Below are positions 38,569 to 47,994 of a stretch of 64,000 nt of DNA, piece after piece. Positions within the stretch are counted from its first letter, which is position 1, and every line of letters starts with the position of its first letter. A program made the translations under genes and the position numbers. Source of the stretch: Desulfomonilia bacterium (GTDB lineage Bacteria; Desulfobacterota; Desulfomonilia; UBA1062); assembly GCA_963664325.2 (NCBI GenBank), contig CAXXDQ010000004.1, positions 768,001 through 832,000 of the forward strand, in the 5' to 3' direction. Below the pieces are notes generated by a model. That model ran no database searches and had not been told where the DNA came from. It saw only the letters and a program-made list of their open reading frames with translations.

Positions 38569-41500
38569 TCAATCGTTTTCGTATCTTATTTTTTGTCTCG
38601 GGTTGCTTGCTTTGTATTCTCTGTCCAGTTGATCAAGGTAGTCACTCTGTTCCTGCGCATTCATTTCATTGTAAGGCTTATGGTTAATGACCTGCTGTTT
38701 GTTAAGGTTCTGATTTCGAAATACCGGCTGCTCTTGAGGAACTTTCTGTTTTTTATTAAACTTAAAGTAAGTCTCTTTTTTTGACTTATTCTGTAAGGAG
38801 GGTTGCTGATATTTTGTTCTGAGATTTCTCTGTATATTGCTTTCTCTGGGTATTGTTCTTTCTTCCGGTATTATATTTAATGGCTGGTTCTGCTGATATT
38901 TAATCCGTATTTTTCTCTGTATTCCGCTTTCGATGGGCCTTTCTTCCGGTATTATCCTTAATGACTGGTTTCTGAACTCAAGACGTCTTGCGTCTCTTTG
39001 CGCATTGAGCCTGGTGATGGCCGCCTCTTGACGTAACGCCGCCTGACGAAGTTTATAGGCTTTATATGCTTTGTAACCGGATCCTGCCGCGGCGCCCAAT
39101 CCTGTCGCAAGAGATACTCCACCGAATACACGAGACGATGTCCTGAGGTTTTTTACGGTTTGATATCCTGAATCGGGATTCTTTTCTTCTATCTTGTTCG
39201 CCGCTATGCTGAGGCCGCCCCCGATGGCCCCGGATGCAAGTGTTACTATCGCCAGCACCGCAACCACTCCTATCTGGCCGTCGGGATCGACTATCTCTAC
39301 AGGGTTGCCGTCGGCATATGCGTATCTGTTCGTCAGGTCATAGGAGTCCCTGGAGGTGAACCTCATAAGCTCCGGCGAGTAGGACCTTGCCTTGAGATAA
39401 TACATGCCAGATTCCTCATCCTCATAATAGCCGGAGAACCTGTAGGGATTGCCGGATATGGAGAAGGATCCTCCCTCATTCGCCTTTCGCTGTGATTGAG
39501 GGGCTCTCCCCTGTTCTTTTCCGTATGCCGTGTAACTGTATTCCTCAACCGGCGCTCTCGCCTTTTCATCCGTGAAGCCTATGACGTCCTTCCTGTCGGT
39601 TATCAGCCATTGATGTTTCCCGTCAACAACCCTTAGAAGGCTGGCGAGCGTCGAAACCCTGCTGCCATTCGAATCCTCTTCGTTCATTATACGTTTGTCG
39701 AAGTCATAATAGTACCTGATCGAATATTTGGTATTGTTGTCCTTCTTGATGCTCCTCAGGCCTTCGGCGTCATACGAATAGCTTACGTCGGAGCCGGATG
39801 GACCTGAATACCTGACAAGCTGGCCGAATGAGTTGTATTCGAATTTTTTCACCTCTTTGCCGTTGATAAGGATTTTTTTTAGGGCGCCGTTTTCGTCATA
39901 GGCATAGGATGTGATCGATCCGTTGGGGCCATTCGAGCTTTTGAGCCTGTTGTCGGCGTCATATTCAAAAGAAGTCTTTCCGTGAGCGGAAGAACCGCTC
40001 ACCGTCCTTGATATGATGTTACCCCTGATGTCGTAGACGTATGAGGTCTTTTCAAGGGGCGAACCCGCGAGGCTTGATGTCTCATCGGAAATGAGCTGAT
40101 TGTTGTCGTTGTAGATGAACGTCCTTGTGCTGTCCTCATCCTTTTCGGATGATTTCCTTGTGAGCTTCGCGGTGCGTCCCATTTCGTCGTACTCGTAGGA
40201 AAGCGAGCCGAGCAGGACGCCGCCGGAACCGGTTGCCGTTATGCCCTTGAGCATCAGCGGAGACGGCGCAGACGAATTTGCGATCTGATTATAATAGTCA
40301 TAGGTTATTTCAACGCTTATGGCGAATGCCCCGTCTGTGCCGCTGCTGAAGGACGCCTGCCTGAGCGTCGTGCCCGGGCCGAGAAGACCTCCCGCTTCAG
40401 GCGGAAAATAGCTGTAGTCTACTCTTCCGTATCTGTTTTCAATTCTCACGATGTTTTCAGGGATAAGATTGTCGTATGTAACCAGCGTTTTTGTCCCATT
40501 GATGTCTGTAATGCTTTTAAGCCTGTCGAAATCGTCGTATTCTGCAAGCCTTGTCTTGCCGTTCATATATGTCACCTTTTCAAGCAGGCCTCGGCTGTTA
40601 TAGCCGTATTCGATCTTGTCTGTCAGCTTCCTGCCGATATGAAGTTCCCTTGACCGGATCAGGCCTTCTGCAGGCGACCCGGCAGGGTAATATGTGAAGG
40701 TGGCGGCCATATCCCCTGATTCTACCGAAAGAAGCCTGTCCATGACGTCGTATTTATATTCGGTCTTCTTTCTGGTGAAGTCCGTCATTAAGGTCATGTT
40801 TGAGCTTTTGTCATAAGTGAAATGCATGGACTGCAAGAGGCCGTTGGTCACCTTGACGATATTTCCTGCGTTGTCGTATTCCTTCACCTCGCTGCCGAAG
40901 CCCATCATCGGGCCGCCCACTCCGGGTGAAAGTTTTTTATATGCTATATCCGAGCTGTTCACATATCCGAATGCGTTGAACTCCGCTTTAACTGCGTTCA
41001 TGCCGCCGTCGGAGGTCTTTACATTGGATGATATCTCGTTTTCATCAAGGTCATATTCTGATGTTTTCGATATAACCTCTCTGCCGGGGGCGTTTATGTC
41101 AGGCGCCATGAGAAGTTTAGATGAAATCTCCTGCCCCTTGCCGTTATAGAAGAATTCCCTTACTGGGTGGAGCGCCCCGCCCGGCCTCCCGCCAAGGCAG
41201 TCGGCTGTCTTAAGCACATTACCTCTGTCGTCGTACTGTGTCCTGGAGACTTTGACGCCTTTAAATGAAACCGTCTCGGTCAGGTTCTCATCATCATACT
41301 CGTAGATTGTCTCATTTACGTAAGAGCTTCCGACATCCGGAACATATGGGGTTTCGACAGTCCTTGTCTCTCTTCCCTGCCAGTCGCTGTAAAAATGCTC
41401 TGTCTTCCTTGAAAACCTGTCAGTTTCCGTGGCTATCTCGCCGAGCTCGTTGTAGGTACATTCGTAAAGCGTTCTTTCCGACCCGCCATGTCCGTTGTTG

Positions 41501-43491
41501 TCCGTCCTTTTCACGAGCCTGCCGAAGCCGTCGAGATATTCGGTCTCGACATATCCCGACGATGAGGTCCTGAGAGTTTTTTTCGGATCGCTCTCATCGA
41601 TTGTCTCCCAGCTTTTGTCGGGGTATTTTTTTGTGACCTTAAGGCCGTTGTTCTCGTATTTGTAAGTCGTGCTTCGACCCATGGCGTCTGTTTCCTTCAT
41701 GACGAAGCCGTTCCTTAAATCAACACTCACCGAGGTTTCATGCCCCAGGCCGTCCCAGGTCGTTGTGGTCAGCTCGTGCCCTCCCAGAAGAGGATGTGTA
41801 TAAGTGCTCTTTTCAGTTATTGTTGAGGGTTCGGCGCCTGCCTGCTTGTTTGTTTTCACCTGCGTTATCCTGCCGTAGATGTCCATGGCGGTATTAACGA
41901 TGACCTTTTCACCGCCCCTTTGCGTGACGGTCCCGGCTATGTATTTGCCGGATGCATCGAGCGTGTTTTCCGATGAGATATCGCTGTCCTTTTCCGCGCT
42001 GTCTGCGACCCTGGATGTATCTTCAAGCCCGTATCTGGAGAAGTAGGAGGTCGTGATCTCGGCCGTGGCCGGACCAGTCCTCTCGGTGCTCGAAGAGACC
42101 AGCCCTTCGGGATTGTATGTCAGCGTCTCGTTGTTTATTTTTCTTGAGCCCGTCTGTACGAGGGTTTCCCTGGTCCTGCTGTAGTTCCCGTCGAGCTGGG
42201 AAAGCGACGGGAAAAGGCCCTGGGCGTCCTGTCCTGCAAATTTTGGGGTTGTGGTCTGTTTCAGACTGCCGCCCTGTCTGATTTCCGTCCTTACCGGCAG
42301 GCTGAGGTTGTTGAAAGTAATACAGGTCATCTGATCGCCGCCGTTTTCAGGTTTACGCCTGCTGGTGACCAATGTCGAGAAGCTGAAGGAATTGTCGCCG
42401 CTCGTAAACAGTGTGTTGCTTCCGAAGGGGTAATTGGGATAGCCAGTATAAAACCTGCCTATGCCTGCCCGGTAATCATATGAGGTGGTTTTTTTGGCCG
42501 ACCCTGCATGGCCCGAATCTTCAATGACCCTGCTTACCGCCGGGAATGACTTCCTGTTGTCCCCCCTGGCCAGAATGTAGTCGATGGCGTTGTCATTGTA
42601 TTCATACCTTATGCTTCCCCCCGAAGGGTACGCCACTTCGCGGATTCTTCCGTTTTCAGAAAGTCTTATCACAACCGTCCTGCCCTCGGGGCTGACGATC
42701 GTCACATTGCTTGACAGGCTCGGCGTGATATTGAAGCTGCAGGATGCCTTGCGTTCGTCAGGCATGGTTATTACGGCTTCCTTCACAACCTTGTCGCCCG
42801 TATACGAAATGCGGATGTCCTGTCCGTAACTGTCGTTTATCCTTACCAGTCTTGAATCTTCGATGAAGGTGTCTTTTTCGAAATAATAGAGAATCCGGTT
42901 GCCGAAGCGGTCGTCTATGCATATCAGCCTGCCGTATTTGTCGAAATACCTGCTGCTCCCGTCGAGCATAGTGAGCCTGTATGAGTATGCTCTTTTGTCA
43001 TAAGTCAGCTCCCCTGGAAGCCTTTCCATCCTGAACATACCGCTTTTTACATACCTGAGCCCGCTCGGCCAGGAGGAGTCGAGGGCAAGGCTTGCGCTGC
43101 CGGTCAGATTGAGAACGTCGTTTTTCGTATCCACATAGTCGAGGTCCCATTTCCAGCCCGGAGGAAAACCGTAAATCGTCGACCTGTCGCCCTGCGCCAG
43201 ATCGTGCGCGCTCAAGCCCAGGCTCAGGTCCATCTCATCTGCAATACCCGGCAGGTTTATGCATTCTATGTTTACCCCGGGCTGGCCCGTCTGGGGATTC
43301 ACCTCTATGCCGAAACCGCTGACGGCGTTAGCGGCAAAGGAATCCGAGGGTTTGACGTTCTTCGCTGAAACTTCAAGATTCGGCTTCATTTCTGAGTTTG
43401 CATCATCAGACGCCGATGCCTCGCCGCAAAAAGCGAAGACAAATAAACACGCCGTCAGGATACGGTAAGCTCTTCTATTTATCATTTTCAT
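38569..43491 (-). CDS. Sec-signal RHS/YD-repeat protein with C-terminal cargo
   Basis: Signal peptide (ASA); many YD repeats; RHS core PYRFSGYYEDEESGMYYLKARSYSP...RF...NRYAYADGNPVEIVDPDG. Confidence 0.92.
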   Translation of the reverse strand: MKMINRRAYRILTACLFVFAFCGEASASDDANSEMKPNLEVSAKNVKPSDSFAANAVSGFGIEVNPQTGQPGVNIECINLPGIADEMDLSLGLSAHDLAQGDRSTIYGFPPGWKWDLDYVDTKNDVLNLTGSASLALDSSWPSGLRYVKSGMFRMERLPGELTYDKRAYSYRLTMLDGSSRYFDKYGRLICIDDRFGNRILYYFEKDTFIEDSRLVRINDSYGQDIRISYTGDKVVKEAVITMPDERKASCSFNITPSLSSNVTIVSPEGRTVVIRLSENGRIREVAYPSGGSIRYEYNDNAIDYILARGDNRKSFPAVSRVIEDSGHAGSAKKTTSYDYRAGIGRFYTGYPNYPFGSNTLFTSGDNSFSFSTLVTSRRKPENGGDQMTCITFNNLSLPVRTEIRQGGSLKQTTTPKFAGQDAQGLFPSLSQLDGNYSRTRETLVQTGSRKINNETLTYNPEGLVSSSTERTGPATAEITTSYFSRYGLEDTSRVADSAEKDSDISSENTLDASGKYIAGTVTQRGGEKVIVNTAMDIYGRITQVKTNKQAGAEPSTITEKSTYTHPLLGGHELTTTTWDGLGHETSVSVDLRNGFVMKETDAMGRSTTYKYENNGLKVTKKYPDKSWETIDESDPKKTLRTSSSGYVETEYLDGFGRLVKRTDNNGHGGSERTLYECTYNELGEIATETDRFSRKTEHFYSDWQGRETRTVETPYVPDVGSSYVNETIYEYDDENLTETVSFKGVKVSRTQYDDRGNVLKTADCLGGRPGGALHPVREFFYNGKGQEISSKLLMAPDINAPGREVISKTSEYDLDENEISSNVKTSDGGMNAVKAEFNAFGYVNSSDIAYKKLSPGVGGPMMGFGSEVKEYDNAGNIVKVTNGLLQSMHFTYDKSSNMTLMTDFTRKKTEYKYDVMDRLLSVESGDMAATFTYYPAGSPAEGLIRSRELHIGRKLTDKIEYGYNSRGLLEKVTYMNGKTRLAEYDDFDRLKSITDINGTKTLVTYDNLIPENIVRIENRYGRVDYSYFPPEAGGLLGPGTTLRQASFSSGTDGAFAISVEITYDYYNQIANSSAPSPLMLKGITATGSGGVLLGSLSYEYDEMGRTAKLTRKSSEKDEDSTRTFIYNDNNQLISDETSSLAGSPLEKTSYVYDIRGNIISRTVSGSSAHGKTSFEYDADNRLKSSNGPNGSITSYAYDENGALKKILINGKEVKKFEYNSFGQLVRYSGPSGSDVSYSYDAEGLRSIKKDNNTKYSIRYYYDFDKRIMNEEDSNGSRVSTLASLLRVVDGKHQWLITDRKDVIGFTDEKARAPVEEYSYTAYGKEQGRAPQSQRKANEGGSFSISGNPYRFSGYYEDEESGMYYLKARSYSPELMRFTSRDSYDLTNRYAYADGNPVEIVDPDGQIGVVAVLAIVTLASGAIGGGLSIAANKIEEKNPDSGYQTVKNLRTSSRVFGGVSLATGLGAAAGSGYKAYKAYKLRQAALRQEAAITRLNAQRDARRLEFRNQSLRIIPEERPIESGIQRKIRIKYQQNQPLNIIPEERTIPRESNIQRNLRTKYQQPSLQNKSKKETYFKFNKKQKVPQEQPVFRNQNLNKQQVINHKPYNEMNAQEQSDYLDQLDREYKASNPRQKIRYEND

Positions 43492-43564
43492 ATATTATTC
43501 TCCGCTTCACGGTTTTATTCTCACCACTCACAACCCTTCTCTCGTAATTATCTTTTTTCACTTC

Positions 43565-46543
43565 TCACCATGGATCGTTCAAAACGAACCATTTTTTATT
43601 TTTATCTTTAACAACGGAACCATAGAAGTCGCCTCCTTCAACATGGCCATACTCCCAGTCTCCGTCGTGTCTCCAGTAGCCGCTGTGAACATTATCCCAG
43701 TCGTTGCACCTTACTTCCCAGGAGCGGGCGTATCTGTCATGGCCCTTACTGGTTGCGAAAAACACAAACTCTCCTTCCGTCCCGTAAGGTTTAAGGCTGC
43801 TTTTTTCTTTGTAAGTCCTTTCGCTTCTGATCTGTAACCGATTGAGGGCGGGTCCGATTTTTTTCGCCTCATACTTGTTATGAAAGAGCTCATCTTTTGA
43901 AACAAGTGAGTATCCCTTCATTTCCCAGCAGACCTTGCTGCCTTTCCAGAAAATCTGGTCGTCGCCGGTTGCATAAAAAACCCGTTTATCTCTTCCTTCC
44001 GATGATCTTGGCGCTGCAATTATCTCTGTGGCGGCATATTCCCTTCTTTTATAATCGGGCCCGTCTTCGGTCTTCCCCCATGTTTTAAAAATTACAGGGA
44101 CTTGCGTTTCATTATCGAGGCCTATCAGGAACCTCTTTCCATCTGCATTTCCATCGCGGGCGCCTGCCTCTTTGACTTTGGCGCAAGGCTGGCTTTCGTA
44201 TATGGAACACCACTCAATGTTGAGCATTTCCTCGGAACCTCCGCCGCTTAGCCTCTTCACAAGCTTTTTCCTGTTGTCTGTGAATAAAGGAGAGCGGGCG
44301 TATCTCCCATATATGTCGAATATAAATGCATATATGTCCCTGCCGCATGTGTAGTAAAGCGATGATGTCCTGTCGGAGACCTTGAATCGTTTGATTTTGC
44401 CTCCCATGTCCGGCGGCCTCATGTAAAATCCGCTCCTGAACGTGCTGAAATTGAACCTTGCGAACAGGTTCCTTTCGTTCATGCCCTCGGGCAGCAGGGG
44501 CACAATGAAATAATTATCCGGGGATGACGCCCTTTCGAACACGAAATCGAAATCTCCTTTCGAGGGGTCGGAAAGAAACGGTTCACCCTCCAGATACAGC
44601 GTCCTGAGCTTTTCTGAATTCATCTCAGCTTCACGCAAATCGCAAACATTATTGACCTCTATGGGCAGTCTGGGGTTCAGGGTGAAATCGTTGTCCTTGA
44701 CTATCGTTCCGCTGTCATCGAGCAGCTGAACGCTGATGGATCTGTCAGGCTTGTTGTAGGGCATCGCGTATACATAATAAGTCCGGTATTTCATCGATGA
44801 GCCCTGTTCATACTCGTTTGGGATTCCGTAGTGCGGCTGTGCGGACTTCATCTTGTTCCCCCATTCGGAAGGCATCAACGCCAGTTTGTTGTTGTCAGAG
44901 GGATCGGCGCCGACAGTTTTGTCCTTGTTCAGGGCGCCTGTCTGCTCCTTGCTGTAGAAGACCAGCCGGTCGTAGATTTCATCGGGGGCTTCGATGCCGT
45001 TCTTTGTGATCCTGATGTCGACAGGGTAGGCGCATACCCCGTTGAAATAGGTCTCTCCTGACGGCGCCCTGAAACTGATTGTATAATCCAGATCGGCCGG
45101 CGCCGGTATGATGGAAGGCAGGGCTTTTGCAGCAGGTTCTGCAAATATGACATCTTTATTGCTGTTGAAGTCACGGGCGAGCTGCATTACCGTTACATGG
45201 TGTTTCCCGTAAGGTTTCGGGCCTATCCAGTAGAAAGCGATGTCACCGGGATTCAAAGCTGCATTCTTAAGTCCGTCGTCGCTGTATTTCACCCCGTTCA
45301 GCGGATATGCATAAACCCTGTACCTGTCGGGATCCGGAGAATTTGGTTTTTCGGCTACATCGATTTCATATCTGAAGCCGTTCAAGCCGCTTTTGAAAAG
45401 CTGTTCCTGATTCAGGCCGGCGCCTTTTATCTTTATCAGATATACCGCATCGTTTTTGTGCTTCACAGATTCCATGCTGTTTGCCGCCGAGACATAATAT
45501 ATTTCGAAATCCAGCGTAGAAGCCTTTAATGAGTTTCCGGCAACCGGGGCGGTTGCCGGAGCAGACGCTACCGGAGCGCTTCCTGTCTTCATGGTTACAT
45601 CGAGCGCCTTTTCCCCTTCATCGTCTATGTAATATGCAAGCCCGTCTTTAGAAACAAGGGCAAGCCCGTCGGAGAAGTCGGCGGCTTCGTCATATATGTT
45701 CGGTATGGCGTCATGGCCCCTAGGGTCTACATAGCCCCACTTACCGTTTTCTTTCACCGCTGCAAGCCCTTCCGAGAATTGTCTTGCCTGGTCGAACTGG
45801 GGATTGATCCTGTATTTCCCCTTGTAGCTGACGAATCCCCATTTGCTTTCCACCTTTACGGGGGCAAGCCTCTCGCTGAATTCCATTGCGTCGTCGAACT
45901 GCGTTTCGATGTAGATATTTCCTTTTGTATCGATATAACCCCACTGGTTCTCGAGGTCTTTTACAGGCGCCAGGCCTTCCCGGAATTCACCGGCTTCAAG
46001 CCACTGCCTTTTAATCGCGAACCTGCCGTTCTTGTCTATGAACCCCCATTTGCCGACCCTCTTTGCGGGGGCGAGCCCGTAGTAGAAGCCCTTGAGGTCT
46101 TCGTATGCATAGTCATGCACAAGCCTTCCTTTTGTGTCGATGAATCCCCAGAGGTTCCCTTTCTTCACAGGCGCCAGCCCGCTGGAAAAAGGCCTTGCAG
46201 CGTCGAATCTCGGGTTGATGACGAAGAGCCCCTTCTTGTTTATATATCCCCACTTCTGTTTATCGACGCGAGCCGGAGCAAGGTCAGCATTGAACGAGCT
46301 CACTTCCTTGAATATGAATTTTATAGCCACCAGGCCCGCAGTGTTTATGAATCCCCACTGGCCGCCTGAGCATACGCCCGCAAGCCCGCCTGAAAAACTC
46401 AGGATTCCCTGCACTGAACCGCCTGCCTTGTTTTCAGATACGGCACCTGCCGCATTAAGAGGTTCCGCAAGCACAAAAACAGACATAAGGATGAGAAAAA
46501 GGGATATATAACTTGAAAAAATCCTGCCGGAGTTTTTTTTCAT
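43565..46543 (-). CDS. Secreted WG-repeat protein (paralog) with an unrelated C-terminal region
   Basis: GGAGG RBS; signal peptide; WG-repeat block highly similar to that of 35290..38409; APATAP linker. Confidence 0.85.
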   Translation of the reverse strand: MKKNSGRIFSSYISLFLILMSVFVLAEPLNAAGAVSENKAGGSVQGILSFSGGLAGVCSGGQWGFINTAGLVAIKFIFKEVSSFNADLAPARVDKQKWGYINKKGLFVINPRFDAARPFSSGLAPVKKGNLWGFIDTKGRLVHDYAYEDLKGFYYGLAPAKRVGKWGFIDKNGRFAIKRQWLEAGEFREGLAPVKDLENQWGYIDTKGNIYIETQFDDAMEFSERLAPVKVESKWGFVSYKGKYRINPQFDQARQFSEGLAAVKENGKWGYVDPRGHDAIPNIYDEAADFSDGLALVSKDGLAYYIDDEGEKALDVTMKTGSAPVASAPATAPVAGNSLKASTLDFEIYYVSAANSMESVKHKNDAVYLIKIKGAGLNQEQLFKSGLNGFRYEIDVAEKPNSPDPDRYRVYAYPLNGVKYSDDGLKNAALNPGDIAFYWIGPKPYGKHHVTVMQLARDFNSNKDVIFAEPAAKALPSIIPAPADLDYTISFRAPSGETYFNGVCAYPVDIRITKNGIEAPDEIYDRLVFYSKEQTGALNKDKTVGADPSDNNKLALMPSEWGNKMKSAQPHYGIPNEYEQGSSMKYRTYYVYAMPYNKPDRSISVQLLDDSGTIVKDNDFTLNPRLPIEVNNVCDLREAEMNSEKLRTLYLEGEPFLSDPSKGDFDFVFERASSPDNYFIVPLLPEGMNERNLFARFNFSTFRSGFYMRPPDMGGKIKRFKVSDRTSSLYYTCGRDIYAFIFDIYGRYARSPLFTDNRKKLVKRLSGGGSEEMLNIEWCSIYESQPCAKVKEAGARDGNADGKRFLIGLDNETQVPVIFKTWGKTEDGPDYKRREYAATEIIAAPRSSEGRDKRVFYATGDDQIFWKGSKVCWEMKGYSLVSKDELFHNKYEAKKIGPALNRLQIRSERTYKEKSSLKPYGTEGEFVFFATSKGHDRYARSWEVRCNDWDNVHSGYWRHDGDWEYGHVEGGDFYGSVVKDKNKKWFVLNDPW

Positions 46544-46925
46544 TTTTCCTCCCGGTATACAGTAATGTAATGTATTTTTCGGTTATAAAGATTGAAATAT
46601 TTAATTTTTAAAAATGAGAAATCCGGAATTTTCTTATATCAAGTGTCATGTTGCATGGATATTCAAGTCAATATCCTTTATATTCAATATGACATCAGTG
46701 AGGCTGGGGAAATGGGATATCATGCACTCTGTTCAGTTCCTCGAGCCGGAGATAAAGGAAAAGCGGAACAGGTGTTTTTTTAGTATTCCTTGAAGCCTAT
46801 AACGCAGCCGGCACAATTTTCCGGACAGCGGAATTTGACGATCAGCGGAAATGCCCGAAGGGTGAGGAACATATCTGTCCCGAATCCAAGGCTCCACTTG
46901 AATTTGAGTTGGAATCAGTCGTATC

Positions 46926-47900
46926 TCACAATTTAAGCGATATCCCGGCAATCGCTGCCGCCTGCTCCGCATACGGTGCCGTTTTCGTTCCTCCGATGCC
47001 TTCGAGCGTGCATGTTGCCACCGCTGCAGCGAACCGGGCGGTTTTTTCCAGGCCCCAGCCGTTGAGCACGCCGTAAACAAAGCCGGAATCAAACGCATCG
47101 CCCGCGCCTATTGAGTCCTGAAAAGTTTTAGGCGTTATTGCGTCTTGAGTAAAAATTCTGTCCGCTGTCGCAATTAATGCGCCATTGGCGCCCTGCTTGA
47201 TGACTGCAAGCTCAGGTCCGTGGGCGAGCAGATCCCGGGCTGCCGATTCGATCGAATCAAGCCCCGTTATCTCGAGCGCTTCAACTTCGTCGGTGAAAAC
47301 GATATCCACATAGTCTAGCAGGTTATCAAAATGCTTTATCCATGGCCGATCGAGGGGTGTCATTGGAAACTGTGTATCGAGAGCCGTTAAGAGTCCGTAT
47401 TGCTTCGCCTTTCTGAAAAGCTCGACAGTGGGCGCTCCCCACATCTGTGGATAGTGTAAATACCCTGCACAGAGAAGCATGCGGGCGCGCTTGAGCTGAT
47501 TTTCCTGCTCCGCTGTCAGCCGGGCCGGCCATGGCGCATGCGTCGAAAGCCTGCCGGTAAGCGGGCGCTTCCTGTCGCCGAACAGCAGGATATATATACC
47601 GATGCCGCTTGTTTCTCCGGGTATGGTTTCAACATGGCTGACATCGGCGCCGGCTTTTGTCAGGCTTCGCAATATCCATTCGCCGAAAAAATCGTCCGCT
47701 ACACATGATACGACCGCCACGCGCAGACCCAGCTTCGACATATCCGCAGCGCAATATCCCATCGAACCGGCTGGCGTAAGCTCGACCTCTGAAATATCGA
47801 CCCATTTTGTAAGGGCCTCCATATCGCGAGGCGCATTGCCTGCGATTATCATGTCCAGATTCAGTGTTCCCACTGCCACGACATCGTAATCCATAGACAC
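46926..47900 (-). CDS. PfkB-family carbohydrate kinase
   Basis: N-terminal AVGTLNLD; C-terminal DSIGAGDAF anion-hole motif. Confidence 0.88.
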   Translation of the reverse strand: MSMDYDVVAVGTLNLDMIIAGNAPRDMEALTKWVDISEVELTPAGSMGYCAADMSKLGLRVAVVSCVADDFFGEWILRSLTKAGADVSHVETIPGETSGIGIYILLFGDRKRPLTGRLSTHAPWPARLTAEQENQLKRARMLLCAGYLHYPQMWGAPTVELFRKAKQYGLLTALDTQFPMTPLDRPWIKHFDNLLDYVDIVFTDEVEALEITGLDSIESAARDLLAHGPELAVIKQGANGALIATADRIFTQDAITPKTFQDSIGAGDAFDSGFVYGVLNGWGLEKTARFAAAVATCTLEGIGGTKTAPYAEQAAAIAGISLKL

Positions 47901-47994
47901 GTCCTCCCCGAGCTTGCGTCTTGTGACAAATCAGTTTTCGTCAATATGCGCCTGATGTCATCGGTAAATCCCGGAGTCCTCTGCTTTCAAAAAT

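Noticed and set aside
38557-38784. Hydrophobic 75-aa antisense ORF as an RHS immunity gene
   Set aside because: It lies opposite the K/Q/N-rich RHS tail, which explains the F/L/V bias; no RBS; immunity genes are normally co-oriented downstream.
46544-46925. att duplicate of the tRNA-Val 3' end
   Set aside because: No copy of TTCAATCCCGGTACGACCCACCA or a close variant was found by eye.
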